A DNA stretch of 64,000 bases from an uncultured bacterium (GCA_964552055.1 CAZKFL010000003.1:21614-85613), one strand, 5' to 3'; shown: positions 33,730-43,649, counted from the first letter of the stretch. Numbers and translations: made by a program. Notes: a model not told the origin generated them from the sequence alone.

Positions 33730-34602
33730 ATGAATCAATTAGTTAACCGCAATTCCTTCTCAATACCCATAGGGCAAGAGATGGATCAAATCATTTCAGT
33801 CTGCAAAGTTTTAGCCACTTGTCCTTACTATCAGAAACTAGGCTCAGGAGGAGTCCTGGCAATCTACTTAACCGCCAGAGAAATGAATCTCCCTCTAATG
33901 ATGTGCCTTAATGGAGGCATGTACACATTTTCAGGCCTTGTAAGCCTTTCTGCTCAACTCATGAATATGCTGATTGTGAATGCCGGACACAGAGCAGACG
34001 TCCTACAACTCGATGAAAAAATATGCCGAATTAAATTCTGGCGCTCCGACCGCCCAAAAGACAATTGCACCTTTGAATATGAATACACAATTGAAATGGC
34101 AGCAAAAGCAGGCTATCTCGGCAAAGACAATTGGAAAAAAGCCCCCAAAGACATGCTTTTTAGCCGCTGCCTTTCAGGTGGGTCACGAAAATTTATGCCA
34201 GATGCCATCATGAACGCCTATACCATAGGAGAGCTTGGAGAAGAAGATGGAACGACCCCAACAGCATTACCTGATCTCTCCACTCGTACAATAGAAGCTT
34301 ACAAAACCCCAGAAGAACCATCAAATGAGATCGAACAAGAAAAAGCGGACAGTTATGAGGACTTTTGCCAAAAACACCTTTGCGAGGACGACAAGGTGGC
34401 TTACGTCCGTAAAATCGCTCAAGCTACCAACAAGACAGAAACTCAAATTATCCATTCCGCCATCTCCAATGAATCAGGTTTCATAACGGCTTTTAATAAG
34501 TGGAAAAGTGATCAGGTGAATATGGAGAAAAGAAATAAACCCAATTTTGAACCAATTACAAACCAAGCCACGCCATTAGAAAATTTGTCAGCTACTGCAT
34601 AA
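33730..34602 (+). CDS. RecT-family single-strand annealing protein
   Basis: The core ...LAIYLTAREMNLPLMMCLNGGMY...NWKKAPKDMLFSRCLSGGSRKFMPDAI resembles RecT (W..P..ML..R......R...PD). An exonuclease gene lies upstream. Confidence 0.6.
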   Translation: MNQLVNRNSFSIPIGQEMDQIISVCKVLATCPYYQKLGSGGVLAIYLTAREMNLPLMMCLNGGMYTFSGLVSLSAQLMNMLIVNAGHRADVLQLDEKICRIKFWRSDRPKDNCTFEYEYTIEMAAKAGYLGKDNWKKAPKDMLFSRCLSGGSRKFMPDAIMNAYTIGELGEEDGTTPTALPDLSTRTIEAYKTPEEPSNEIEQEKADSYEDFCQKHLCEDDKVAYVRKIAQATNKTETQIIHSAISNESGFITAFNKWKSDQVNMEKRNKPNFEPITNQATPLENLSATA

Positions 34603-35114
34603 ACTTTAGATTTATTAAGAGGGAAATACTGAATCATATGTTTTATGTCTGATAATATCTGTTATGTTGAAAACTGCAACTTTTTTAAATGTGCATCTTA
34701 AAAAGACGTGTTTATTTGACTTGTATAAAGCGATCTCCGAAAAAGTCATGAGATCATATTAGCAAAAAACAACCCCTTTCTAAACTTGCTTATTTTTCAA
34801 AATCGATGGTACTCCCTATTTTTTCAATTTTCCACATTCAAAATACATGTGATTTATGTAAAAACAAGTAAGCAATAACAGCACAAAATGTCATATCAAA
34901 AAACCTACGAACTTCATATTAGGGGACAAATAGTATAATACACCATACCCTGATATAACCAGCTGTCCATACATATGGATTTATGGTTGTATGGATGACT
35001 GGATGTATGTTTTTACAGACTCCCCTCTTTACGACTGTCCAATTTTCCATACTCCCAATCAACCAGCTTGCCATTCAACTGGCTTAATGGATGACCAACC
35101 TGTTTTTTAAATTC

Positions 35115-35154
35115 GGTGAATGAAAGGGGTCGATTTTGTTTACAATTGTTTACA
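35115..35154 (+). repeat. isolated full-length iteron (GGTGAATGAAAGGGGTCGATTTTGTTTACAATTGTTTACA)
   Basis: Same 40-nt unit and orientation as the array at 37241-38024, but separated from it by two genes. Confidence 0.8.
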
Positions 35155-35239
35155 GCGCAATTTAATTACAACCTCCCTAATCCTGGTATTCGCTTGACAA
35201 CCTGGATAACCAATTACTATATCTTCTTTAGAGGACGTT

Positions 35240-36307
35240 ATGCACATCAACTGCTCCAGAGGAGCCTACACATATTCCATTGATTTAGAAGAATCTACTT
35301 CTGGTGATTTGGCTATTGGAGGAAAAAGATTTAATCTAAGTGTTTCCGGAACTGATCCTGAGTTAGATAATTTGCAACCACTAATCCGAGCTGCTTTTGA
35401 AAGCTCAACTGGCCAATTAAGTGACCTAACAGCTAAAACCATAAGCGTAGGTTTTGATGTAAAGGGTGCAAGGGAAAGATATCCTGGCACTGGGGTAGAA
35501 CTGATTTCTAGGATTGAAGAAACAGTCCATAGAACTATTGATACCATGGATTATGATGGTCTCAAACCCTATTTAAAATTACTTGATGAGCTTGATGCTG
35601 GAAAAGATCTTTCCGAAGCTTCTCTCTCATTAGAAAAAGATGAAAGAGGGACCATATGTACTGGAGTGACCTTAGCTATATTAAAAAATTTGTACCGTGA
35701 ACATGAAATTACAGGTATGGTTGCAGGAGGAGAAGATCTCGGTCATGCTGCTGCAATAATCGAATGCCAAGATGGTTATGTTCTAATTGATAACCGCTCG
35801 ATTAAAGATAACCGGCTCTTTTTTGCCCCTTTTAACACGACGATTGAATACAGCTTTATAGACATAGCTAATGATCCTCCTACTGTTACATTTAAATTAA
35901 CTGCTGGCCCACCAGGCTCTCCCACACCATTAACTCAAACATATGGAACTGAACCTCACATATTTTTAACTGACCTACCGAATATTGGTGATTTAATTTC
36001 AAAAGCCTATATCCAACATACCATTACCTCATATATTCCCATCGTCGTCTACCGAGAAGATGGGAGAGCCTTAAAAGATATCAAAGTCTCCCCAAGCAGA
36101 AATACCGTCACCTTAAAAGATCACATCACAGGTATTAAAAAAGAATTCACATTTAAGCAGATTATGGATGGCGAATTGTCCATAGATGAACTAAAAGCAT
36201 TTATGGGAAAAAGGGTCTTCCACTCAAAAAGGCGAACAGTTTATGAAGAAATTATTCGAGTTGTTAGTCAAATCGAAAGAATCCGATCACTTTTTTCCGA
36301 AAAGTAA
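35240..36307 (+). CDS. cargo protein: shared N-terminal module plus a candidate Cys-His-Asp (transglutaminase / NAT / papain-like) core
   Basis: The N-terminus YTYSIDLEESTSGDLAIGGKRFNL matches the N-termini of 23129 and 24662. ERGTICTGVTLAIL...LGHAAAIIECQDGYVLIDN gives C-29-H-15-D spacing. A possible sigma70 promoter reads TTGACA (35194-35199), 18 nt, TATATC. Confidence 0.65.
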   Translation: MHINCSRGAYTYSIDLEESTSGDLAIGGKRFNLSVSGTDPELDNLQPLIRAAFESSTGQLSDLTAKTISVGFDVKGARERYPGTGVELISRIEETVHRTIDTMDYDGLKPYLKLLDELDAGKDLSEASLSLEKDERGTICTGVTLAILKNLYREHEITGMVAGGEDLGHAAAIIECQDGYVLIDNRSIKDNRLFFAPFNTTIEYSFIDIANDPPTVTFKLTAGPPGSPTPLTQTYGTEPHIFLTDLPNIGDLISKAYIQHTITSYIPIVVYREDGRALKDIKVSPSRNTVTLKDHITGIKKEFTFKQIMDGELSIDELKAFMGKRVFHSKRRTVYEEIIRVVSQIERIRSLFSEK

Positions 36308-36328
36308 ATTTTACCGTGAAATTTTTTA

Positions 36329-37156
36329 TTACTTAGAATCTAAATACACAGATCGCTCTCCAGCTCGTATTCTCCATGATGATCCCGACATCCCAAATTC
36401 CAAGTCTGCAACATGATTTTTTGTTGCAACTTTTAGCATCTTATCTTTTAGTGCATTGTTTAATTTGAGAATTAATGGACCGCTAAATTCTTCCTTACTC
36501 AATATAGAATCATCCACAGAAATGACAAGCGCCATATGTAACCCAGCAGAAATTGGATTGTCTCCCTCATAAATATTTTTACGATCATCAAAAAGTAGTT
36601 CTGCAATAATAAAAGAAGTACCAGTTGGGCTTGTAGTCAAAACAACTTGAGATATTTTGAATTTCCATTCTGGTTTAATAATCGCGCTATATCTATTTAC
36701 AACATTTTCAATAGTAGGAGGTGCGTCGCATTGATCAAAAAGATCACGGCACACCTGTTTCAATGTTTCAGAACTACAAAAGCCTCTTGGTTGCGTATAA
36801 AGTAAAGTGGCATGCAGTTCTTCACCAATTCCAGGCCTACTTTTTTCCTCATAGTGTGTTATCAGTACTCTGTTATTTTCATTCTTAAGCAGAATTTTTG
36901 CATTAGAGAAACAGTCATCCCTCTTAACTTCAAAGGTGTTTTTTAAAATATTTCGAGTAAGTGTATTGACTTCTTTAATCCCAAGATAATCAAATCCACT
37001 TTCTTCTTCGAAATGAATTTTACCGCCGATTTTCCATGCAGAATCATCCATATTCTTCACTTGACTGGTTTCATTTTTCAAAGAATCCATTGCAATTACT
37101 ACGCTGGAGATACTCATTAGCAAACCCAGAGTTAAAATTAAAATTGATTTTTTCAC
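36329..37156 (-). CDS. secreted hypothetical protein (cargo)
   Basis: Signal peptide MKKSILILTLGLLMSISSVVIA. One HxTx motif (LHATLLY) and a degenerate second one (LHMALVI). Confidence 0.6.
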   Translation of the reverse strand: MKKSILILTLGLLMSISSVVIAMDSLKNETSQVKNMDDSAWKIGGKIHFEEESGFDYLGIKEVNTLTRNILKNTFEVKRDDCFSNAKILLKNENNRVLITHYEEKSRPGIGEELHATLLYTQPRGFCSSETLKQVCRDLFDQCDAPPTIENVVNRYSAIIKPEWKFKISQVVLTTSPTGTSFIIAELLFDDRKNIYEGDNPISAGLHMALVISVDDSILSKEEFSGPLILKLNNALKDKMLKVATKNHVADLEFGMSGSSWRIRAGERSVYLDSK

Positions 37157-37240
37157 TAATTTTCCATTTTTAAATATGCATATGCTTAATTTACAATATT
37201 ATAAGTGAAATTTGGGTAATACACAACATACTTAATCTGT

Positions 37241-38024
37241 AGTGACTCAGAAGGGTCGATTTTGTTTACAGCTGTTTACAAAGTCTTCAATTTAAGGATG
37301 AGGAAGCAAATTGATCGCAATAAAAATAACGTTAAGCCCCTGGATATGTTAGCTAAAACTAAATTATGTATTTGTTTATAAATAAGTTGTGTTTTTCCAA
37401 TCTAAAAATAAAGTGATTGAGAAGGGTCGAAAAAAGTGAATCACTATGGTCGTTCTTGTTTACAAAGCAAAATAATCCCCAGCAAAAGGAGTGAAGAAGA
37501 GAGGTCGATTTTGTTTACACTTGTTTACAAATCGAATCTTTGTGACTTGAGTATGGCTCAAAAACTCTTCTATTAAAAAACCGATTGTACTTTTGTGTAG
37601 TGAAGAATGGGGGTCGAATTTGTTTACATCTGTTTACAAAGAGAGAATTTTTCATTAGACAAGGTATTTTGCTCTCGAAGTGAAACGAGAGAGAGCATTG
37701 TGTTTACTGCGAAAGCTGTAAACAGATTTATATTCTTATTGAATATAATTAGACTTGTTTACTTAAGCGTAAATATTAGTGGTTTAACGACTTGCAAAAG
37801 CACCGGTGATTGAGGGGGGTCGGTATGGTGACTGAGAGGGGTCGGTATAGTGATTCACGAGGGTCGATCCTGTTGATAATGGTGAGTGAGAAAGGTCGAT
37901 TTTGTTTACATCTGTTTACAAAAAATAGCCTTGATATAGAAGAGTTTTTAAATCTAATAGCTAGAATGTCAATAAAATAGCTAAATTTGCTACGAGCGAA
38001 TGAAACAGGTCGGTTTTGTTTACA
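37241..38024 (+). repeat. iteron array / probable replication origin
   Basis: Full units RGTGAnnnAGnRGGGTCGAWTTTGTTTACAnnTGTTTACAA at 37241, 37490, 37599 and 37881. Partial units at 37411-37464, 37697-37730, 37805-37880 (three left halves, GTGAyTGAGnGGGGTCGGTAT) and 37998-38024. All share one orientation, with an AT-rich stretch at 37300-37410. The track ORFs 37607..37813 and 37776..38039 are repeat artefacts. Confidence 0.85.
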
Positions 38025-39636
38025 AGAATTTGGCAGCAAAAGTTTTTATCTTGTCAGATACTTCTTTGGTGATCTGCCTTTTTTCATTTAAGAGATAGCT
38101 TACCATTTGACCTGTAATACCGAGATGGTTGCCAAGTTGTCGTACATTCATTTGAGATTTTTTATAAATTTCTCTAAATTCATCAATGTTGACAATCTTG
38201 TCTTCTTTTTTCTCGAGAGCGGGAATTTCTTTATTTGCTTGGATGAGTTTTATTTCTTGTCCGAACCATTCGGGTGGCGTTAGGGTAAAAGAGCAACTAA
38301 AGGGATTTTCACATTCGGAAGGAAGTCCTTTTTCTCCGGTATGGGCCCATGCTCCTAAGTAACCGTGTTCTTTCATGTAATTGAGTTCTGACTCTAGTGA
38401 CCTTAAATCTCTTAATTTGTATTTACTTTCTGATCCTAGATGACACCAATCCATTAGGTTTGTGACGGAGATTTTTTGTTGTGGGCTCATTCTCCAAAAG
38501 ATTGCGAGCAGTGGGGTCAAATAGATTGTTAGTGGGTGTTCTCTGTGGTTTTCTTGCGCAATTTTTTTAAGCAGTTTTGTATATTTAGCGGATTGACCAT
38601 CTTTTGGGTCGAATGCATTTTTATACCAAAAATCGGTGGCGCGAAGTTTGATTTTTTCATCAATGATGACTTTATCAAATATTTCTTGTTGGAAGCCATC
38701 TATGCTAAATAAACGCTCTCCTCGAAGCACTTCGCTTTTTCCATCTTTTTTTCGGGCTGTGATAAAAAGGCTTTGGAAGATTCTAATAACTTCGCTTGCT
38801 GTCTTTTTTAGCTCATGATCATAGGAACCGTTGGCTTTCTTTTTGTGGCCAAGTCTGGCTAAATGATCGTTAACGCTCCAAATGAAATGTCCTTTTCTGA
38901 AGTTTTCTTCCATGCCAATCAATAATCCTAAGAGATGTCTTAGGCCTTCAGCTCCAAATGTACGCTTGATATAGAGGGCTAGGCTAACTTCTCTAAAATG
39001 AATATCGGATTTAAAAAGTGAGATATCAATTTGAGCGGAGGCCTCTACCTTTGGGTTGTCGCTGATAATGGCGATATGCTTAGAATGGACTTCTTCTTTA
39101 CCGCTTTCATAGGAAGTTGTTTTTTCTACTTTTATGATAGAGGAGAAGAATTCTTCTGCCTCTTTATGTTCTTTTTCGGTCCATTCTGAATGAGGTTTTG
39201 TTAACAATCGTCTTGGGATCATGTCCGGTTTTCCTGCAAACATGGCAAGCAACGTAAACATCAAGGGATGGGAAGGTAGAGCAAATGTCTCTTTATTTGA
39301 GGATTGTTCCACGATTTTTTCAATGGCCTCTTCAATGAGGGAACGTTGAGCCGTAGGACCCATTTCGCTGAGTATATTTTTTAAAGAGTTGAGCTGGTTC
39401 GGAGAAAAATCTTGAATGGAAGATGTGGTCGATTCCCATTCTTTACTTTCAGAGCGAGGTACTTCGCCAAGAGAGACTCCAAGTTGTTGGAGATCGTCAA
39501 CAGTATTGATATTGATAGTTTTTCCTGTTCTGTTATCTACAACATGGAGCTTTTTATTGACTACAGAGAGTTTATAATCAGGTTCATTGTCGATTTCAGG
39601 AACAATTACTGCTTTTTCTTCTTTTGTTTTTACCAT
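38020..39636 (-). CDS. putative iteron-binding replication initiator with a C-terminal XRE-type HTH
   Basis: 538-aa ORF directly abutting the iteron array (the last iteron overlaps its stop). C-terminal HTH is VRQLGNHLGITGQMVSYLLNEKRQIT. The functional call rests on position. Confidence 0.55.
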   Translation of the reverse strand: MVKTKEEKAVIVPEIDNEPDYKLSVVNKKLHVVDNRTGKTININTVDDLQQLGVSLGEVPRSESKEWESTTSSIQDFSPNQLNSLKNILSEMGPTAQRSLIEEAIEKIVEQSSNKETFALPSHPLMFTLLAMFAGKPDMIPRRLLTKPHSEWTEKEHKEAEEFFSSIIKVEKTTSYESGKEEVHSKHIAIISDNPKVEASAQIDISLFKSDIHFREVSLALYIKRTFGAEGLRHLLGLLIGMEENFRKGHFIWSVNDHLARLGHKKKANGSYDHELKKTASEVIRIFQSLFITARKKDGKSEVLRGERLFSIDGFQQEIFDKVIIDEKIKLRATDFWYKNAFDPKDGQSAKYTKLLKKIAQENHREHPLTIYLTPLLAIFWRMSPQQKISVTNLMDWCHLGSESKYKLRDLRSLESELNYMKEHGYLGAWAHTGEKGLPSECENPFSCSFTLTPPEWFGQEIKLIQANKEIPALEKKEDKIVNIDEFREIYKKSQMNVRQLGNHLGITGQMVSYLLNEKRQITKEVSDKIKTFAAKFL

Positions 39637-39641
39637 TGCGA

Positions 39642-41984
39642 TCAGCTCTTTTCTTTTAGTGTGGATAAGGGTCTATCAAATACTAGAGAGATGGTTTGAT
39701 TAGATGGACCGTTGCGATTTTTAAGAACAACTAAGTCAAGATCAACCATGCGATTCATAGAAGAATCACCTTTGGCATCGGCTGATTCTTTTGCACCATT
39801 CCAAATACCTAAGACAAGTTTTGCATCATTTTCTATGTCGCCCGCTTCGCGTAAGTTATCAAGTCTTAATACTTCTGATTTTGTGGAACCTCTTCCGAGC
39901 TGAGCTCCTAAAATAATAGGGACAGAGTTGAATTTTGCTGTTTCAAGGATGCTTTCAGAGATTTTTTGAAGCTCGAGTTGTCTAGTGGAAGATTTTCCTC
40001 GAAATTTTATTTTTTGGATGTAATCAATAAAGATGGCGCCCATTTTCCCCCGTTCTTTGAGGCTTGCGATTTCTTTTCCCAAGTCATCTACAAAAAATGG
40101 ATGATCGCAAACAACTAGTCGATGAGATTCTGTCCAGGATTGAAGTGTAATGATAGCCTCGTTAATTTTAGGAAGTTTGTTGATGCCCCCTCTGAGATAT
40201 CCCTCTAAATTTGAGAGATTGTTGGCTTCATTAATGCATTCGCCACTAAGGATGTTCAAAATTTTTAAAAGGATCTGATTTTTTGGCTCTTCATAGGAGA
40301 AAAAATAGAATTCGCGATCAGGATATAATTTGACCATGTTTACAAAGAAATTCAATAATGTAGTCGTCTTTCCATGCGAAGGCCTTCCTGCAATGATTGT
40401 GATGGCTTCTTGAGGGATTTGAATGGTCTTATCAATTGACTTGTATCCGGTTTTTAGCCCTTCTTGAATATTTGATAAATCTGCTTTTAGATTATTTACT
40501 GTATATGGCTTCACTTGGAAAGATTTAGGTTTGTCTTCATTTTTTAATTTTGAAAGGAGTTGACTCGCTTTAGTAAGGTCTCCTTCAGAAATGAGTTTTT
40601 GAGTTTCTTCTAAAGATTGTTTGTATTTTTCGGCATCGTCTTGAATTTTTTGTTCTTTTAGTGCTTTTGCAAGAATGTCATCGCTTTCGTTGGGAGCCAA
40701 GTTAAAAATGTCTTCTATCTCTTTTTTAAAAATACTTTTTCGGAATGCATCATCAATTTGAGCATATGCTTTAGAAGCCCCGCCAAGGGCTGAAAATCGA
40801 CCGATATCGGTTGCCAGGTCATATTTATAGGAAAAATAAGATGGAAGCCACCTAACGCGCGCCTTAGCCTTTTCTTCAACAATCCTTTTAAAAGCTTCAG
40901 GACCGTTTGCTTTTACGTATTCATCAGGATCCTTGAATGGAGCTAGTAGATGTGGAGGAAGGATAAATGTTTCAATTCCATTTTTTTCTAAAAGTTCTGA
41001 GGCTTTTTTTGCCTTTTCAATAGATCCTATTTCGCCTTTGCTATCCTTACTGTCGTTGTCAAAAACAATAATTACTCGCTCAATTTCATAAATTTTTAAA
41101 CTTTCAATATGTTTTGCAGATAATTCTCCTTGTCCAGTGGCTGCGATATTTTTTATTCCTAAACATGGAAGATAGGCAGCGTCGGGAAGGCCTTCTACTA
41201 AGATGAGTTGTTTTTGTTTTCGGCATTGGTAAATATTGAAAGGATCGTCTTTTTTAAGACCGGCAGTATAACTCCACCGATGAAGTTTTCCTTCATTATC
41301 AGAGATCCCTTCCTTAATTGTAGCTCTTTTGGCAAATCCAAGAATTTTACCAAATCTATCTCTGTATGGAAGAGCTGCTCTAAATTGATCTCCACCGTTT
41401 CCATTGAGCTTGATCGAAGTTGCTTCATGCTCCCTTTCCTTGGGAAGCTTGGATTTTAAATGTTCTCTTATTTTAGTGTCTTCTGGCCAATAAATCCATT
41501 CGGTAGTCTGAAGTTTGATAGGATCATATCCTCTGACTTCAGTTAAATAGTCGAGCGCTTCTTTTCCTTCTGAAGTGAATAAGAGCTCCTTTCCATATTG
41601 AAAGATCATCTCATAGAGATAGGAAGTTGGATAGGACGATTTTTCAGGGAGTGAAAAATTACCTTTTTGCAGCTCTTCGATTAGATCGGTACGGAATGTT
41701 TCAGCGAGATATTTACAGGCCTCTACAAAATTAAGACCTTTTTCTCTTTGGATAAGCTCAATGATATCAAATGATTCATTGCAGCTAAAGCAATGTAAAT
41801 GACCCCAACCCGGGCCTAACTTGCAACATTGTGAGCTTTTTGAATCGTGACCTGCAATGCAGTTGCCTACTAAATAGCCTCCAACTGATTTAAATCCTAG
41901 TTTATGCCGGAGATCAAGATGGTCGATAACCTCTTCTACTCGTATGGAGGCTTTGAGCTTTTCTTTAGCCAAATTACCGATCAT
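39642..41984 (-). CDS. bifunctional DNA primase / DnaB-family replicative helicase
   Basis: CHC2 zinc finger (CIAGH...HCFSCNESFDIIELI), TOPRIM (LILVEGLPDA ... VIIVFDNDSKD), Walker A IIAGRPSHGKTTT and Walker B AIFIDYIQKI. Confidence 0.9.
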   Translation of the reverse strand: MIGNLAKEKLKASIRVEEVIDHLDLRHKLGFKSVGGYLVGNCIAGHDSKSSQCCKLGPGWGHLHCFSCNESFDIIELIQREKGLNFVEACKYLAETFRTDLIEELQKGNFSLPEKSSYPTSYLYEMIFQYGKELLFTSEGKEALDYLTEVRGYDPIKLQTTEWIYWPEDTKIREHLKSKLPKEREHEATSIKLNGNGGDQFRAALPYRDRFGKILGFAKRATIKEGISDNEGKLHRWSYTAGLKKDDPFNIYQCRKQKQLILVEGLPDAAYLPCLGIKNIAATGQGELSAKHIESLKIYEIERVIIVFDNDSKDSKGEIGSIEKAKKASELLEKNGIETFILPPHLLAPFKDPDEYVKANGPEAFKRIVEEKAKARVRWLPSYFSYKYDLATDIGRFSALGGASKAYAQIDDAFRKSIFKKEIEDIFNLAPNESDDILAKALKEQKIQDDAEKYKQSLEETQKLISEGDLTKASQLLSKLKNEDKPKSFQVKPYTVNNLKADLSNIQEGLKTGYKSIDKTIQIPQEAITIIAGRPSHGKTTTLLNFFVNMVKLYPDREFYFFSYEEPKNQILLKILNILSGECINEANNLSNLEGYLRGGINKLPKINEAIITLQSWTESHRLVVCDHPFFVDDLGKEIASLKERGKMGAIFIDYIQKIKFRGKSSTRQLELQKISESILETAKFNSVPIILGAQLGRGSTKSEVLRLDNLREAGDIENDAKLVLGIWNGAKESADAKGDSSMNRMVDLDLVVLKNRNGPSNQTISLVFDRPLSTLKEKS

Positions 41985-42016
41985 GTCAAATCCCCTTCGA
42001 GTACATTTTAGATTTT

Positions 42017-42517
42017 TCAGTTATTTTCTTGTTCTTCCATGCTGATGAGTAGTTGGATTGCTTCACAAATCATTTCTGATTTTTCTGTAGCTCTTCCTTG
42101 TAATATTCGGTTTGCATAGAGATCATTAAATGCCTTATGAATGTCTTCTCTTAAGTTAAAGGTCATTTTACAAGTGGGAACTCGTTGATTTTTTGATTGC
42201 TTGCTCAGGATAATTGGTTGTCTGGCTGGGTGGGGTTCCGGCCTAACATCCGTCTGGGTGGGTGGAAATGTGGGTTGTTGGAAAGTTTGCGTAATGGGTG
42301 GCTGGACTTCTGGCTGACTGGTCACCCGGTTGATAGGATTTACGGGTTGTTGGTTGTCCAGTCGGTTGGTTTGTTGGATTTCTGTATTACCATCTTTCTG
42401 GTTGTCTGGTTTACCAACCGTTTGATCATCAAACATTTCTCCTAAACCCATCTTACGTTTTTCATTCATTTGGAGTTGTTTTTTAGATTTTTCTTTGAGT
42501 TCATTAATTCCTGACAT
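42017..42517 (-). CDS. ParG-like ribbon-helix-helix centromere-binding partner of ParA, with a Gln/Pro-rich linker
   Basis: The C-terminus KMTFNLREDIHKAFNDLYANRIL...EMICEAIQLLI is RHH-like and sits immediately downstream of parA. I prefer the ATG at 42517 (MSGINELKEK). Confidence 0.55.
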   Translation of the reverse strand: MSGINELKEKSKKQLQMNEKRKMGLGEMFDDQTVGKPDNQKDGNTEIQQTNRLDNQQPVNPINRVTSQPEVQPPITQTFQQPTFPPTQTDVRPEPHPARQPIILSKQSKNQRVPTCKMTFNLREDIHKAFNDLYANRILQGRATEKSEMICEAIQLLISMEEQENN

Positions 42518-43283
42518 TAGATAGTCTCCCCATAACTTCATTAACTAAATTTCCATATGCTTCCGCTCCAGAGCATTTTGGATCATGGTCAAATACTGAT
42601 TTACTAGATTCCTGAGCTTCACTGAGCTTTATATTCTCGGGAATTTTGGTTTCAAATACCTTATCGCCAAATAGATCGTTGACGGCATCTAATACGCGCT
42701 TTGCTAGATTGCTTCGTGTTTTAAAAAACGTAAAGAGAACACCCATAATTTGAGCATGATGATCTACTAGGCTGCCAGCCTTTTCATTTGTACAATTGAT
42801 AGATTCTAAAAATGACTGAATACCTGCAAGGCTAAAGTAATCAAGTTGAACAGGTAAAATAATATGTTCTGCTGTTAAAAATGCATTTGCTAAGAGCGTG
42901 TTGAAAGTGGGAGATGTATCGATAATAATATAGTCGTATTCTGCATATTTTAGTTTTTTTCTTAAGACAAATTCCTTTGCTGTAGTTTGCGCGAGTTTAT
43001 ATTCTGCTGCTGATAGCGAGTTGTCAGAAGGGATTACATGTAGATTAGGAATATATGATTGTTGGACTACATCTTTAACGGTACAATTGTCTTGGCAGAG
43101 AAGCTCTGCAATTGTTTGGCGATTTTCTGTCTTGATTCCAAGACCTAGGCTTGAATGGCCTTGCGGATCCAAATCAACAAGGAGGACTCTGTTACCTGCT
43201 TTAGCAAGCCCTGCGCTTAAGTTGATTGAGGTAGTTGATTTTCCAACCCCGCCCTTTTGATTTGAAATAGCAATTTTGTGCAT
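42504..43283 (-). CDS. parA: ParA/Soj-type partition ATPase (small, type Ib-like)
   Basis: Deviant Walker A KGGVGKST (IAISNQKGGVGKSTTSINL), LVDLDPQG and IIDTSP. Confidence 0.9.
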   Translation of the reverse strand: MHKIAISNQKGGVGKSTTSINLSAGLAKAGNRVLLVDLDPQGHSSLGLGIKTENRQTIAELLCQDNCTVKDVVQQSYIPNLHVIPSDNSLSAAEYKLAQTTAKEFVLRKKLKYAEYDYIIIDTSPTFNTLLANAFLTAEHIILPVQLDYFSLAGIQSFLESINCTNEKAGSLVDHHAQIMGVLFTFFKTRSNLAKRVLDAVNDLFGDKVFETKIPENIKLSEAQESSKSVFDHDPKCSGAEAYGNLVNEVMGRLSNVRN

Positions 43284-43436
43284 GAGTTGAGTCCTTGCAT
43301 TCTATGAGTCTTATCTATTACTCCAACTTTAAGATACCTCAACTTTTAAGTAAACAGTGAAATGATGATTTACTGGAATCCATGATATTGATAAAATGAT
43401 GAAAATTTATGATAACTCGATATAACAAGGTCAATA

Positions 43437-43634
43437 ATGGAAAAAAAATCTGATGAAACTGTTCCAGAAAAATCAAAGAGAGCTCGTATTACATTAGAGT
43501 GTTCATCGGAGATCAGAAAGTTGATACGAATCAAAGCTGCGCAAGAAGATAAGAGTATGAATGATTTCATTCTATCAATTGTGTTGGAGAAAATGCAAAA
43601 AGACAAAGAAGTTTTCGTTTCTACAAAAGGATAA
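43437..43634 (+). CDS. ribbon-helix-helix (CopG/Arc/antitoxin-like) protein
   Basis: RITLECSSEIRKLIRIKAAQEDKSMNDFILSIVLEKM fits a beta-alpha-alpha RHH pattern. It ends 15 nt before the kinase gene. Confidence 0.55.
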   Translation: MEKKSDETVPEKSKRARITLECSSEIRKLIRIKAAQEDKSMNDFILSIVLEKMQKDKEVFVSTKG

Positions 43635-43649
43635 AGACCTCAGAGTATT

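Noticed and set aside
36329-37156. 2H phosphoesterase (LigT/CPDase-like) assignment for the secreted cargo protein.
   Set aside because: Only one good HxTx motif (LHATLLY). The second candidate (LHMALVI) lacks the required Thr/Ser. The spacing alone is insufficient.
37241-38024. Possible CRISPR array, because of multiple ~40-nt direct repeats.
   Set aside because: Repeat spacing is irregular (about 110-280 nt). The repeats contain an internal TGTTTACA doublet and occur as half-units. There are no cas genes. The array abuts a Rep-like gene next to parA and a helicase, so iterons are the better explanation. The track ORFs 37607..37813 and 37776..38039 are artefacts of the repeats.
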